A stretch of 63,974 nucleotides of DNA, counting the filler, from Blastocystis sp. subtype 4 (Eukaryota), in assembly GCF_000743755.1 (NCBI RefSeq). It is 4 parts of 4 records of this genome, joined end to end, with 100 filler letters (N's around TTAATTAATTAA, not from the genome) between each part and the next. Parts side by side here need not be neighbours in the genome. Positions count along the whole stretch, not along the records: positions 18,281 to 36,448 come from NW_014569328.1; positions 36,549 to 54,660 come from NW_014569327.1; 2 more parts are not named here. One strand, 5' to 3'. Shown in pieces: positions 23,582-36,693 of the stretch; position 1 is the stretch's first letter, and the number at the start of each line of letters is the position of its first letter. The position numbers and the translations under genes were made by a program. The notes below the pieces were generated by a model that was not told the origin of the DNA, made no database searches, and worked only from the letters and a program-made list of their open reading frames with translations.

Positions 23582-26228
23582 ATGGCTAAGAAATCATATC
23601 AAGAAGTCGTTCGTGGTATCCGTAGTTCAAAGGACCCGACGATGTACATTTCAGAGGTGTTGACGGAGATTCGTCAGGAGATCAAGGGAACGGATCGAAA
23701 TGATAAGGTGATTAGTCTCCAGAAGCTCCTCTATCTGAATCTTCTCGGATATACGTTTGATTGGGCTGTAAGCAGCTACTGTGTCATGAAGTCATGTTGT
23801 AGGAGTTTCATGTGATCGAAGTGATGAGTCAGCCTCTTTACAGAGAAAGACGTGTCGGGTAACGTGTTTTGGTTGTGTTTTGACAGTAGTTATCTTGCTG
23901 CAACTGTTTTGATTCGTCCTGATTCGGAGCTTTTTATTCTCTGCGCAAACACTCTCAAGAAGGCATTCCTTTCTAAGAATAAGGTGGGTTGTTCAGGTTG
24001 ATGTCGATGTTTAGTATGATGTGGGTCTGGCTTTGGATTGTTTCAGCATGGTTGTAAATGAGGAACTGTCTCATGACCTCCTTCCCGACATTCTGACTCT
24101 CTTGAAGAGTAAGCGTGCCTTTGTGCGGCGAAAGGCTGTTTTCTGTTTGTTCCGTATCTTTAAGAAGTACCCTGCAGCTCTGGAAGAGTCATTCGATCAA
24201 TTGGTTTCGCTTCTTGTTGATTCTGATATTTCGGTCCAAAGCAGTACTGTAAGTGTGATTACAGAACTAGCTCGTATGGATCCTGATCGCTATCAGGCAT
24301 TGGCTCCGACTATCTTCAATCTGTTGGTGAACGTGGACAATACATGGATTCTGATCAAGGTTATTAAGTTGTTGATGAGTCTGGTGACCAAGGAACCACG
24401 TCTGGCTAAGAAGATTCTCGATCCTTTGGTGAAGATTGTGCGCACTGCTGAAACCAAGTCTCTCCTGTATGAGGCAATGCTTGGAGTAACGCAATGTCTT
24501 ATTTACATGAACGTAAAACCAGGAAGCAAATTGGAAAGAGAAGTGAATAAGGTCGCGGAATTGGAAATGTCAAAATTGATGGAATTTGTGGAAGATACGG
24601 ATCCGAATCTCAAATACTTGGGCTTGTGTGGACTTCTTAAGTTGGTAGTGGTTGCTCCCACAATTGTTGCAAAGAAATCATTTGTGTTTGTGAGTTGTTT
24701 GAAGGCCAATGATAGTACAATTCGAAGCAAAGCTCTCCATTTGATCCAAGCCATTGCAAATTCCAAAAATCTTAAGAATTTGGTTGAAGATTTGATTTCT
24801 TGTCTCCATAGTGGTGTTGAAATGGAAATGAAGGAAGATATTATTGGAGGCATTGTAGATATGTGCTCACGAGACATGTACAAGAATATGCAAGACTTTG
24901 CGTGGTACGTGTCTGTATTGGTGGATTTGGCGTGTACTCGGGGTTCTCGTCAGGGAAAACTTCTCTCTAATCAATTGATTGATATTGCATTACGTGTCCC
25001 TGCAATTCGTCTCTTTGCTGTGAACTCTCTGTTGCCTCTTCTTTTGCAGCCTGAGTTAGTGAGTGATTTAATGCATGATGTGTTGATTGGAGCTGCTTGG
25101 GTGGTGGGAGAGTATTCTAGTTATCTCCAACAAGATCAGATTGCAAAGGTCTTTACTTCACTCACCTCTGCTTCTGTTGTCTATTTGAATTCCGAAATTC
25201 AGGCTGTGACTCTTCAAGCATTGCTTCAGGTGTCGTTGCGCTTCATCTGTGCATTGGGATCGGGCACAGAGCAAGCTGGTTTGATCAAGAAATCGGTTAT
25301 TGCTCATGCTGAACAGTTCCTGACCAGTGAGAGTGATGAAGTACGTTACCGTGCTTCACTTCTTCGTGAAGTTCTGAATGCTACTGATTCTTTCGAGAAT
25401 GAAGTGGTTGCAATTGAGTCCCATGAGGATGTCCAGGGAGAGATTGATAAGATGAATGAGGAGCGCAAGAATCTGACTTCCATGAACGAGAAGACAGATG
25501 CTGTCTCGACCTCTGTGGATAGTGATACGGAGATTAATTTAGGCAAAGCTATTGAGAGTGAAAACGCAGAGACTCCACGAGAGGATACACCAAAGGAAGA
25601 GGAGGAAGAAACTGCTGGAGAACAGACAGAAGAGAAGGAAGGTGGCATTAAGCAGTTATCCGAGTTGTTGGAGCGTTTGACAGAAGAATTGTTACCTGTA
25701 TCTGCAAAGGCTCAACGAAAAGTGAAGATGCCAGAAGGATTGGATTTGGATACTCCAATTGCAAGCTTTGATCTGCCGAAGGAGGTGGAGAAGACTTCAA
25801 CGATCACGTTTGTTGATGCACCGTTATTCAGCTATGCTGAGAACCGTGAAGAGGGTCGTGTAAGGATGTGAGGAGAGAATGAATGTTAGCATCATCGTCA
25901 TCATGGAAAGAAGTCCCATCGTCGCGAGAAGGAGCAGTTCTATCTGGAGAAGGAAGAAGAGGAGGAAGGAGAGATCCAGGAACTCACATTGGAGGATGTG
26001 GGTGTGCCAATTGTGGAAGGAAAGAAGGAGGAAGAAGAGACTTCTGTCCGATTCACTGTTATCGGAAATGCTGAGGAGGATAGCACATCTGAAGAAGAAA
26101 AGCCAGCACCTAAAGAAGATACTTCTGTATCAGGCAAAAAACATCGATCGCATCGTCATCACTCAAAGAAGGAAGAGAAGACGGAGAAGGGCGAGGGTGA
26201 GCGAAAGCATCGTCATCATCATCATTAA
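23582..26228 (+). CDS. AP3D1: AP-3 complex subunit delta
   Basis: KSYQEVVRGIR, NTWILIKVIKL, KEPRLAKKILDPL, DPNLKYLGL, DFAWYVSVLVDL, ELLPVSAKAQRKVKMPEGLDLD. Confidence 0.95.
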
Positions 26229-26343
26229 ACTGTTTGTTGACATCTCTAGATACTTGTGGTTTCTTGTTCTCATTTCCTTTTATCTTTCTTTCAGTTGTTT
26301 CCATTCTGTTGTATACAGTTTGCTATAAGTATTGATTACAGAA

Positions 26344-27585
26344 ATGGGACATAAAAGAAGACATCACCGATTGAGCGACAAGAAGGATGAAAAACTGATA
26401 AAACAGGTGGAGAATGGGAACAAGAGCAGTTCAAAACGAACACAGTCGAAACATTATGATTCTACAGTATCTCATCCTAGTCCAAAGTTTGTTGTTTGAA
26501 CTTATTGAATATATCATGTATAGCAGTCCTCTGGAATAAGTGTATTTAAGCGACTGGAGTCTCAAGGGTTTTCTATTCGGTCCATTGTCCCAGATGGAAA
26601 TTGTCTCTTTAGGTATGTTTGTTCTTTTGGATGGACTATAGGTCATGTGCCGATCAACTGTTTGGTAATCAGAATCGTCATGTAGAAGTCCGCAAGAATG
26701 CAGTGCAATACATGATTCAACACAAAGGTAACTATATTCCTTTCATGGATCAAGATCGAGAGCCTTTTACAAAAGTCATTTTCTTGTTAAACTCTTTACA
26801 TTTAGTATGTTCATAGAATGATGAAGAGTGGTACATGGGGAGGGGATCTGGAGATCAACGCCATTTCCAACTGTTATAATTGTAACGTTGTTGTGTACCA
26901 AGACCGAAGACCCGACCTAGAACTTCAGAACTTTCCTAATGTCGATCGAGTGATACGTATCGTGTATGTGGGATCCTGTCACTACATGAGCGTACGAGGA
27001 AAGAACTATGTTGCACTATCGCAGAAGTCTTCTTCAAACACAGTTGTTCTTCGTCCAGATGGTAGTGAGATACAAACACATGCAATAGAGACTGCAGCTA
27101 CTTCGGATGTACAAACTACTGCAGTTGGAGAACCGAAAATAGAAATAACACCTACTGTCTCTTGTAAAGAGAACTCCAAGGTGGAACACACATCGAACCC
27201 TGTTATGACTCCTAAGGCAAAGATTCGATCAAAACAACCACGGATTTTGTCCAAAGAAGAGATTATCAAACGGAATCTAAAGGTGATCCGCCATATGAAG
27301 AAACGATACAAGGTGAAGAAGCATGTGTGTTCCGATCAGTGGTGTGGAGACCTTCCGTTTGATCAATTGGTAACAGAGGAGATGGTTAATCGCATCCAAG
27401 TGATTCCTCGAAAACATCAATTGAAAGGGATTCTAAAGTTCTTGACAATGAAATGTCCCTGCAATTCGGGATCTTACTTCAAGTATTGTTGTTTCCCTAA
27501 GATGAAGGCTTGGTAGGTTCGTAGGAAGATTCTAATTTGTAGTATCAATCGGAATCGTTATCATCTCAGTAAGTTTAGAGTATAA
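26344..27585 (+). CDS. OTU-domain deubiquitinase (OTUD3-like) with C-terminal SEC-C motif
   Basis: DGNCLFRSCADQL, GTWGGDLEINAIS, YVGSCHYMSVR catalytic motifs; CPCNSGSYFKYCC. Confidence 0.85.
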
Positions 27586-27632
27586 CGCAGCAACGGTGAG
27601 GTTGTTCTTTCATTGTTTGTTGTTCCTACATC

Positions 27633-28558
27633 ATGAGTGCCAACCTAGAGCGTGTTTGGAGTGTAATGAAAAGATTAGCTCCTCTAAAATTAGCGGAAAG
27701 CTGGTTATTGATGACATCAAGGATTATATATAGGGATAATGTGGGAGTACTCCTTTCGCCACTAAGAGAAAAAATAATTGATGGGAAACTGAAGATCCTG
27801 CTTTGCAATGACATTGTTGATTCGGTTTTAATTTTCGTTCTTTATTAACTTTAGGTTGTAGATGAAGCGATTGAAATGAATGCTGGTGCTATCATTACAT
27901 ACCATCCTATCATTTTCCATGGAATCAAGAGATTGGATCCAACTGAACGTGTTCCTCGTATTCTTATGAGGTATGTTATCTTCTGTTGATGAGACGCAGA
28001 TGTACCCAGAATGACATTGCCATCTATTCTCCTCATACTGCTTGTGATGCTGCAGTGAATGGAGTCAATGATTGGCTTGTGAGAGGAATGGGTGATATTT
28101 GGTCCTCTGTTCCCATAACTCCCAATTCTGATGACCCACACACAGGAATAGGGCGTATTGCAGAGTTTTCGGATCCGCATCCTACAATTGAAGAAGTGAT
28201 CCGTCGTGTGAGGAAACATCTTCAGCTGAAGAATGTTCAGGTCGCTGTAGAAATGAGAAAAAGGATTCAATATAGACAGATCGACCTCTCAAAACTCCAG
28301 TCAGATCGTTTGCTGTATGTGCTGGCTCTGGAGACTCGGTGTTGTCAGGTGTAGAAGCAGAGCTGTATCTTACAGGAGAGATGAGTCATCACCACATTCT
28401 GGAAGCTGTTTCATGTGGACGTACTGTGATTGTCTGCAATCATTCCAACACTGAACGAGGCTATCTAAAGGAAATAAAAATGGAACTAGACAGACAATTG
28501 GACGAGAACTATGAAGTTAAGATCTCTCAAGTGGATCATGATCCCTTAGCCGTATATT
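27633..28558 (+). CDS. NIF3: NIF3-like protein; stop probably completed by poly(A)
   Basis: APLKLAESWDNVG, YHPIIF, IYSPHTACD, GVNDWL, LTGEMSHH, HSNTERGYL, DHDPL. Confidence 0.92.
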
Positions 28559-28600
28559 CATGTGTTTGTCCAAACACTTAGCAACACAATAATTAGCAAA

Positions 28601-31600
28601 TTAACCTCTACGACGTCTTCTTCTTCCTTCAGTCGCACCACTTTTAGCACTTGTCTTGCTTCCCTTCGATGCAGTCTTCGAGGTTGCCTTCGCCTTACGA
28701 GCAGTCTTTGCACTTTCCTCCAATACAACTTCAACACCAGCCAAATAAGAAGAAGAACGTGCTTCTGTCTTTAATTGTTGATTCCAAGCTTGAACCAAAT
28801 CAGGCAATTCCTTATGATACTTAGTGTTCATCTTGCTCAGCAAAGCAGCATCTAATCACTTAGCAATAAGTCAATAACCAACCATGATATTTATTCTCCT
28901 TCTTTAATGCATCTAACAACAGTGAAGGATCATCCTTGTACAGGAACGTTGCTACAAATTCAGCATCCTCATCACGATCTGTCTTCTGACATAACTTGAA
29001 TAATTTCTTCAATTCCTCCTTCTTACCATTCTTTGCCAACAGAAGGGCTGCTCTTCTTACACCTGGCAACTGATCCACAGGAGTAACACGGTAATCCACA
29101 TTCACCACATCAGCTTGATCCAATACACTCAAATCTCCCTTCTTCACAATCTTCACAATGGAGGATACATCTTCACGCGACAGCTGGAAGCTCAGACGCA
29201 GAGAAGGAGACAAACCAGGTAACTCCAGACACTTCTCGATATGTCCCCATGACTGTAACACGTATGCCAATGCATCATGCTGATCATGTCGAATCTGCTT
29301 ACTCCAGTGAAGAGCCATCTCTACCTGATCAGCAGCCATCAGCATGACGAAGCGAATCGAAGGATGATTCAAGGGCAAACAAACGACATGACTGGCAGCT
29401 GAAGCCATTAACAGATGTCCCTTGAAGAGCTGAAGCACCGAACATACACCTTGTGGCATCAACTGGACAGGAGGCAACAGAGGACTGGAAATGGTATTGA
29501 AAACAACTTGATTGGAATAGACAGAAGCCTGAAGAGGAGGAATGGTTGTTAGAGATGATACATGAGCCAGAGTGTATGTGGTAACAGTGGTTTTGTTGAT
29601 CAGAAGAAGCAAGAGAGTAACAGGAGTCACGAGGAATAGGCAGTTATTCTGATAGTATGCAGAGATCACAGGATGATTCTGGATAGTAATTAACGAGAAA
29701 TCTGATTCCACACGATAGATTGCAGTCTTGTCATGGTAGCAGAGTAACATCAGACCACCCTTCTTCAACTCAATCACTTTCTCTGGAGCTGGCAGACGAG
29801 CACCCACAGACTTCAAGTGATGATGTCTCTTCCATTCAAATGCTGTACTCTCAGTTTCACCTGCAATTGGTGTTGTAGGAGTTTCAGCCTGCTCGGGGTT
29901 TTGAATATCCCATCCAAAGAACATCAAATGCTGGCTGTGAATGTGCGTGGATCGCATCTCAGCTTCTGTTGGGTTCATTCCAACTCCCAGCAAATAATGA
30001 CCGAAGAGAGTGAGTGGAGTAGATTCACCAGGAATCATAACGGAAGTATGGCTATTGGCAGTGCGGTCCTATAGATTAGATGGACTTCAATGCTGGTACA
30101 TGAACAATGATAGATTCTTTCTCAATTGTAGCATAGCGAGAAGGAAGGTAACTCCATGTGAAAGCTGAGATATTGACAAATTGATCGATATGTTTCAGAG
30201 TCACCGTGCCTGACTCATAAGCAACTGAATAGAGAATAAGCGTGGTAGCGCCAGGGAAGAACAGAGCCAACATTGAACCATCGCTGTTGAGTTCCATGAC
30301 AGGAGTACCTGATAGAGTGATTGACTCTCCAACTTGCTGAGAAGCCTTAAGACAAGCAGCAGGATAGGTTACAGCAAGAGCAGAACCAACAGGTTTCTCT
30401 TCAAGATCGTATAGTTGATGATCTGATGATGAGAAAGCTTGACTATCCTTACACAACATATTACTCTGATATACCAACACATGAGCCATATGATCCTGAA
30501 GAAGGGTTGGATTCTGCAGAGGAATCACACTGGGAGATGTGACCATGTTAATGCTGAATACTGTTACACCATAACGAGAAGCAAGAGCAACCTATCTTTC
30601 ATTCAATGCTCCATAACTCACTTTGGAATGAACCGAACTCATAGTACGAATCTTGGTTAATTTGTTCTTATCCTTCAATCCTTCAGGAATACATTCTGAT
30701 CCAGTTATATTGGTCATGACTCCAGTCTTTAGATCCACAACTGATACATACTCCATCTATCACTTATTCTCAGATTCAGCTCATACACCACTCACCACAG
30801 GAACATATCTCTCCTGCATAGCAGGTACTAATGGTTCACAGAGATCACTCAATGTAGCACCATTTACAGTCACAGATTGCATAGCAGTGGCTGGGATACA
30901 TTGTTTGCATCCGAGCTCAACAAGAGTAGAATTAGTAGCAGCGACAGGAGTAGCACCGAGATCAACACGGATAACTTGATTAGATGCAGCCAACACATAG
31001 AGAGAATCAAGATCAGCTGAATAGACCATCTCATTCACCAATCCTAAACCTAAAAAGAAAAAGAAAGAAACAACCTTGAGAGATAGCTCCATCCAAACAA
31101 GCAAACGAAGGAGTAATAGAAATGAATTCATTATTACTTCCAATTGCCACATCCCAACAGATAGCCAGATTCTGACTGTTGATCGCAATTACATGAACAC
31201 TATTGCTTGGATGGTTATATGACTAATGATGAAACTGAGTACAAATCCTTACAAGAGATCCAGTTTGGACATGCTTGTAAGGAGTCATGAATAGAACATT
31301 AAGATGAGCAACAGATGTCTGAATCACATTATCAATTAGATTGTAGACACAAAGGTGACCATTCGTACCAACAAGCAGATATTGGCCAGTTAGAGGCAGC
31401 ACACAAGAACACTGCAAACCTTGAAGATGACTAGAATAAAACTCATTCATAAATACTACATAGTATTACGAACCTCTGTTGCTGTCTGAGCAATGTAATC
31501 AATAAGAATGAATCCTTCATTATAGATGGCAATTACAAACTGTGAAGACACGGGAGAATAAGATGAAGCATTTGACCATAGAAGAGTATCGTTATCAAAG

Positions 31601-31994
31601 AACATAACACTCCTTAAGCCAGTCATAGGAGCGGTAGCAGCATCTTTCGTTCTAGCTATCAAATACCATTCTAAACGATACTCATTCAATTTTGGAATAT
31701 CCTCGTTCTGTTTCTGTTGCAATTTATATGAAGAGCACTGATCAAACAGCATCTACAATCTAAGCCTCTATGAAGCTAAAGGATACAGAAGACGACGTTC
31801 TGTAGATAATAGACTTGGACTCATAGTTCCATATGACGACATTATCCTGAACATCAGCAGTCACTACCAGAGGCTTTGTAGGGTGGATATCAACAGATAT
31901 GAACTCAGCTACATTCTACAAGGATGAGTGAACACGGCAAGAATAAGAAATACAGCAAGATTGCTATACTCGGGAAGAGTACCGAAAAAGTCAT
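28601..31994 (-). CDS. TSET/TPLATE complex scaffold TTRAY2 (TWD40-2)-like; start approximate
   Basis: VDIHPTKPLVVTADVQDNVVIWNYESKSIIY..LRSVMFFDNDTLLW..FVIAIYNEGFILID parallels TWD40-2 (HPTHPWLVTAD..VSVWNWEHRQVIY..VKFYDDDV); beta-propellers then a helical solenoid. Confidence 0.72.
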
Positions 31995-32351
31995 ATCCAG
32001 TTATGATCCCTTGGAATTCCTTCGAAATAGAAGATTTCTAGAGAATATGGTAAGAGAAACAAGCGAAATAAACGAAACACAGCCTACAGTAGGAACAGAC
32101 GTCCCTCTTTGAGTATTCGATACTGTAGCATCCATGATTTAAGAAAACCCTTTCAGAAATAGAAAAGATCAATTGGGATGTTAGATTTGGTCGAAAATGC
32201 GAGGAGATACAGACGAAATCGAGCCTTTTTCTGGAATATGAACCAACTCTTCTGTTTTATCAATCTGAATATGGATATTTGATATAAGACTTGCTATAAC
32301 AAGTTTCAAAGCGAGAAAACAGTTCTTCCCTTTCACTGCATTTCCAGTCAG

Positions 32352-32934
32352 ATGAAGATATCTTACTCAATTGCAACAGTAGATGATGCAAAGGCGATTT
32401 CTGCAGTGATTGTATCAACCCTCCTTTCTACATCGGCGAGTCAATATCCAAAGGTAATTATTGTGGAATCCTTTTGAACTAGTCTGAAATTGATCGAATG
32501 CTAGAAATCAACACTCCAGACATGATTGTGTCTCAATTCCCTGAATACACTTTTATTTGTGCAAAGGATCAGGATGCGTTATCATTGGAGATGAGGATGA
32601 ATAATAGTATTGTTGGAGTTGGAAGTGTGAATTGTGATAGTCTTAAACGGTTATTTGTATTGAAAGAGTATCAAGTATCAATTGAAAGAGTAATGAAATA
32701 AAAGAGAATGGGAATTGCATCAACGATCCTTCAGCAATTGATAACCATTCATAATCAAGAGTATCCTTCTTATGTAATGTAGAATGGATATATTAGCAAT
32801 AGCCGATTACTCTTACCGGAACAGAAATGGCTCGTCATTTATACGAAAAACATGGTTTCGTTGTAGTTGAAGAGATCCATGATCCATTAAGGGGCGAACT
32901 GTATTACATGCGTTTGAGTCCAATTCTGTCTTGA
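32352..32934 (+). CDS. GNAT N-acetyltransferase, bacterial YafP/Acetyltransf_10-like (4 introns)
   Basis: MKISYSIATVDDAKAISAVI..IVGVGSV..LKRLFVLKEYQRMGIASTIL..ARHLYEKHGF. Confidence 0.8.
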
Positions 32935-33154
32935 TTTGAATGTTCGAAGACACCATCCATTCTAAGAGTGAGTAGGAGGAGAAACTGATTCGATTCCAAG
33001 AAGAAGATATTTATAAGAATGAAGATCCAATAATGGATTAGGAAAGGTTCTATTAGAAACTGTAATAGAATATCAGCATGCAAAAAACACTACTTCTTTT
33101 GCCATTTTCTGTGAATCTTAGTATCTCGTAAATAAACGTTCGTTGAGAATATAA

Positions 33155-33665
33155 ATGCCTGGTATCGAACTTACAGAAGAACAGGTACGTTTACAATATT
33201 CGATGAAGTTATTCACAGAAGAAGGAATACACGCAGGCTTTCGAGGTTTTCGACAAGAATAAGGATGGAATGATTTCACGTCAGGAGTTGAAGACAATTA
33301 TGCGTTCTCTGGGACAGAATCCTACAGAAGATGATATTGAAGAAATGTTGTTGAATGTGGACCGAGATAAGGATGGTCAGATTAGTTACGACGAGTTTAT
33401 GAAGATTATTTCTCAACAGATTAAAGCGTCAGGTAGGTGAGTCGAGAAATGCTAATGTACAGAGGATGTTGATGAAATGGAAGAGGCATTTGCTGTATTT
33501 GATGTTGATAAGGATGGTTATATCACAAAGAGTGAGTTGCGTCAGGTGATGAACCGACTGGGAGAGAATCTGACTGACAAACAGCTGGATGCAATGATAA
33601 AGGAAGCAGATAAGGATGGAGATGGCAAGATCAATGCTAAGGAGTTTAAAGCACTGATGAACTAA
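33155..33665 (+). CDS. Calmodulin-like protein (4 EF hands)
   Basis: [59 protein letters not shown]. Confidence 0.9.
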
Positions 33666-33730
33666 ATAGACTGTTTGTTACCAAACATATGATAGTTCTG
33701 TAACCGCAAAATTTAAAATTAGTAGTGATA

Positions 33731-34702
33731 TCAAAAGAGGCGAGCTTTTTTCCTCTTCATCTCTTCCAAGTAAATTGCTCGTTGCTTCTCTAACATGGCT
33801 AGCCGCTGCTGAGCGAGTTCTTCCTTCGTCTGGATGTCAGGAGAATCCATACACGATTTCAATACTGTAGACTCTCGATGTAGTGGTTTAGATGGAGGTG
33901 GAGTACTTTGAATAAGTGGCTTTTGGAGTCTATGATAAGAAGAAAAGATGACTCCTACGCTTTGTCAATCCATCGAATATGACGTTCATTCTCTTCTGGA
34001 TCAGCGTTCGTATTTATTGCATAACTATTTGTATCTGGCTAGGGATAATCAAACCAAACATCCCAATACTGCTCGTGTATGACGTTTTGTAGGCGTGTGC
34101 AGGGCGGCTTCTGGATACAATTTGCGAATATCTGTAGATCCATGACGTGAAGGTCGAGGAGAATAACCACTAACGTTCTCTGATAACGACGAACGTCTTG
34201 ACACCGTAGACAAATAAGACAAACCATGAACAGGAACTGGAGTCGGAATATGAGCAGAAACAGGTTTGACTCGAGAGACAACAGGAGTCGTTTTTGAAGG
34301 AGTCGAACGAATAAAGATTGGGGTTGACACATGACTGCTAGCAGGTTTTAACGTTGAACTGCTGATTGTGATCCTATCATACAAGAACTACATATCCACA
34401 TGAGAGTTGTTGTAGTATTCATTAGCATCCATTTTCTTTTTTAGAGGAGACTGTCTTTCCACTCCCGAACCATTTACGATACTTCCATCACCTAAACATG
34501 AAATCATCCAGTTGAACCAACTTTCGCTGTCCAAATTCCTCAATTCTTCAAAGCAGTTATGAATTGCCAGAACTTTCCGAATTATGCTCTCACATTGAAT
34601 AATCTGTTTCCTTGCATCTTGAATACGGTCTCTGTCGGCAGCTTTCAATTTCCTTGGTGACCGCTCACTCATTTTTGAAAGATGTCTATTGAAAAGAGTC
34701 AT
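33731..34702 (-). CDS. Hypothetical protein (helical N-terminus, S/P/R-rich middle, charged C-terminus)
   Basis: Consecutive minus-strand exons linked by ~30-nt introns, ending ..EEMKRKKARLF*; no family recognised. Confidence 0.45.
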
Positions 34703-34976
34703 TGCATAGTTAATTGTGATTGATTGGATCTACTTTGCACTCAGTGAACGTATTTTCGCATGGCTGCAACACTGTAATCCCCGCCTTTTCTGTATCTCTT
34801 TAACTCTCAATCAATCTTCTGTGTTCATTTAAATATAACGGAGTTTAAGAGGATTTGTTCATTATTTGACATGTACAACTCGATGCCAAGAATTGGGTCG
34901 ATTTTGGCTTGTTTCTCGTTTTCATGATTAGGTAAATCGTACAGATTGAATTCCGTTCGTTTCTCTGTTTGAACAA

Positions 34977-35548
34977 ATGAGAGTCAACGAATATTCTAAC
35001 GTATATGATATGGAGTGGGATAAGGTGACCTCAGCGTTTTGGAAGAAGTACTGTAGGTTCTGATACTAGTAGTTTATTCTTTAGGGCATCCAAATTGTTC
35101 TCATTCCAGGACCTATGTACTGAATCGTTACATTGATTCGGAGGGTAGATTAGTGACGAAACGTTTGCATGTGATTACTCAGAACCTCCCTTACTTCATG
35201 TGTCGATTGTTTGGTAATATTACGACGTATGGTGGTGAGGAGACCATTATTGATCCCAAAAAGAAGATCCTGTCCATCCACTCTAAGAACCTGTCATTTA
35301 CAAGACAGGCCACTGCGTTGGATACGAGTAGCTACACTGTCTGTCCAACAGATCCTTCGAAGACGTTGTATGTGAAATCTACAACAACTTATGGAAGTAC
35401 AGCAAGTCTTCTCAACAATCAGATTGAAAAGTGGTATGCTTACAACGAAGGTCACCACTTCAAGAAGGGAGTAGATGTAATTAATTCTATTTTGTCAGGA
35501 GCTACTGTTATTGATTATGGTATCGATGAGGCGAAAGCAACCCAGTGA
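34977..35548 (+). CDS. PRELI/MSF1 (Ups-like) lipid-transfer protein, paralog 1
   Basis: WDKVTSAFWKKY..VLNRYIDSEGRLVTKRL..EETIIDPKKKILSIHSKNLSF. Confidence 0.85.
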
Positions 35549-35762
35549 TGATTGTACTTTAACTGTCATTTATATGGTTGTTTGTTTGTTATATAAGCAG
35601 AGAGGATCCAGATCTATTTAGATCACTTTAACTATTCTCGAAACAACACTTCCGCGGTTATTTTCAGACTTTTGACAGAACGAATCCGAGCTATCAATTC
35701 TTTAACGGAAGGATTGTTTCACTTTTAACACTTTAGTTAATTCTTTGGTGTTAGTTGATTCC

Positions 35763-36329
35763 ATGAAAGATAGTGAATTTCAACATGAGTATGATTGTGA
35801 CTGGGATCGCGTAACATCTTCCTTTTGGAAGAAGTACTGTACGCATTATTCATCATTCTGATCGTTAGGGCATCCTAAGTGCTCTCAATCCAGAGCTCTT
35901 GTACTCAGTCGTAGTATTGATTCAGAGGGTCGTCTGGTCACCAAACGACTTCATGTAATTTCTCAAGATGTTCCTGCCTTTGTGAAGGCCATTGTTGGGA
36001 ATGTGGCAACATATGCAGGCGAAGAATCTATTGTGGATCCCAAAACGAAAACATTGACATTACGGACAAAGAATCTATGCATGACTTCTTTGGCAACTAT
36101 AGATGAGCTATGTGTGTATTCGGCTTGTGCGGATGACAAAAACAAGACAGAATATATTAAAAAGATGTCAGTACAAGGATGGTTGACAGGATTGGTCAAT
36201 TATCGCTTGGAAAACTGGTTTGTGGATGCAGATAAGCGGAATCGCGGAAATGGTATAAATGTCATGGATGAGATTATTGGAGGTGTTTCACAATTGCTTC
36301 TCCCTCTGAATAAGGAATTCGAACAGTAA
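35763..36329 (+). CDS. PRELI/MSF1 (Ups-like) lipid-transfer protein, paralog 2
   Basis: FQHEYDCDWDRVTSSFWKKY..VLSRSIDSEGRLVTKRL..EESIVDPKTKTLTLRTKNL..DELCVY. Confidence 0.88.
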
Positions 36330-36360
36330 TAGGATTTAGCAACTGTTTCTTGTAAACATA

Positions 36361-36448
36361 TTATTGCTTAACTTCCTGAGTCATTCGTTCCTTTTCAATA
36401 AGATAAACAACTCTGTCTAGTCCTCCCATCACTTTCTTCACTTCTTCT
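36361..36448 (-). CDS. 3' fragment of an unidentified gene cut by gap
   Basis: EEVKKVMGGLDRVVYLIEKERMTQEVKQ* is open up to the gap. Confidence 0.35.
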
Positions 36449-36548
36449 NNNNNNNNNNNNNNNNNNNNNNNNNNNNNNNNNNNNNNNNNNNNTTAATTAA
36501 TTAANNNNNNNNNNNNNNNNNNNNNNNNNNNNNNNNNNNNNNNNNNNN
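36449..36548. other. Artificial contig-join linker
   Basis: Same N-padded TTAATTAATTAA pad. Confidence 0.97.
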
Positions 36549-36693
36549 CAATGACAACATATTGGATTTCTCAAAACATACATTTACATCTATTCCGGAG
36601 CAGGAGGAGGCATTTCTTCTTCATCGGTCTTTGTCATTTCTACTTGAATAGGTTGAATACATGTTCTAAGTTTATGCAACAAACACAAACAAA

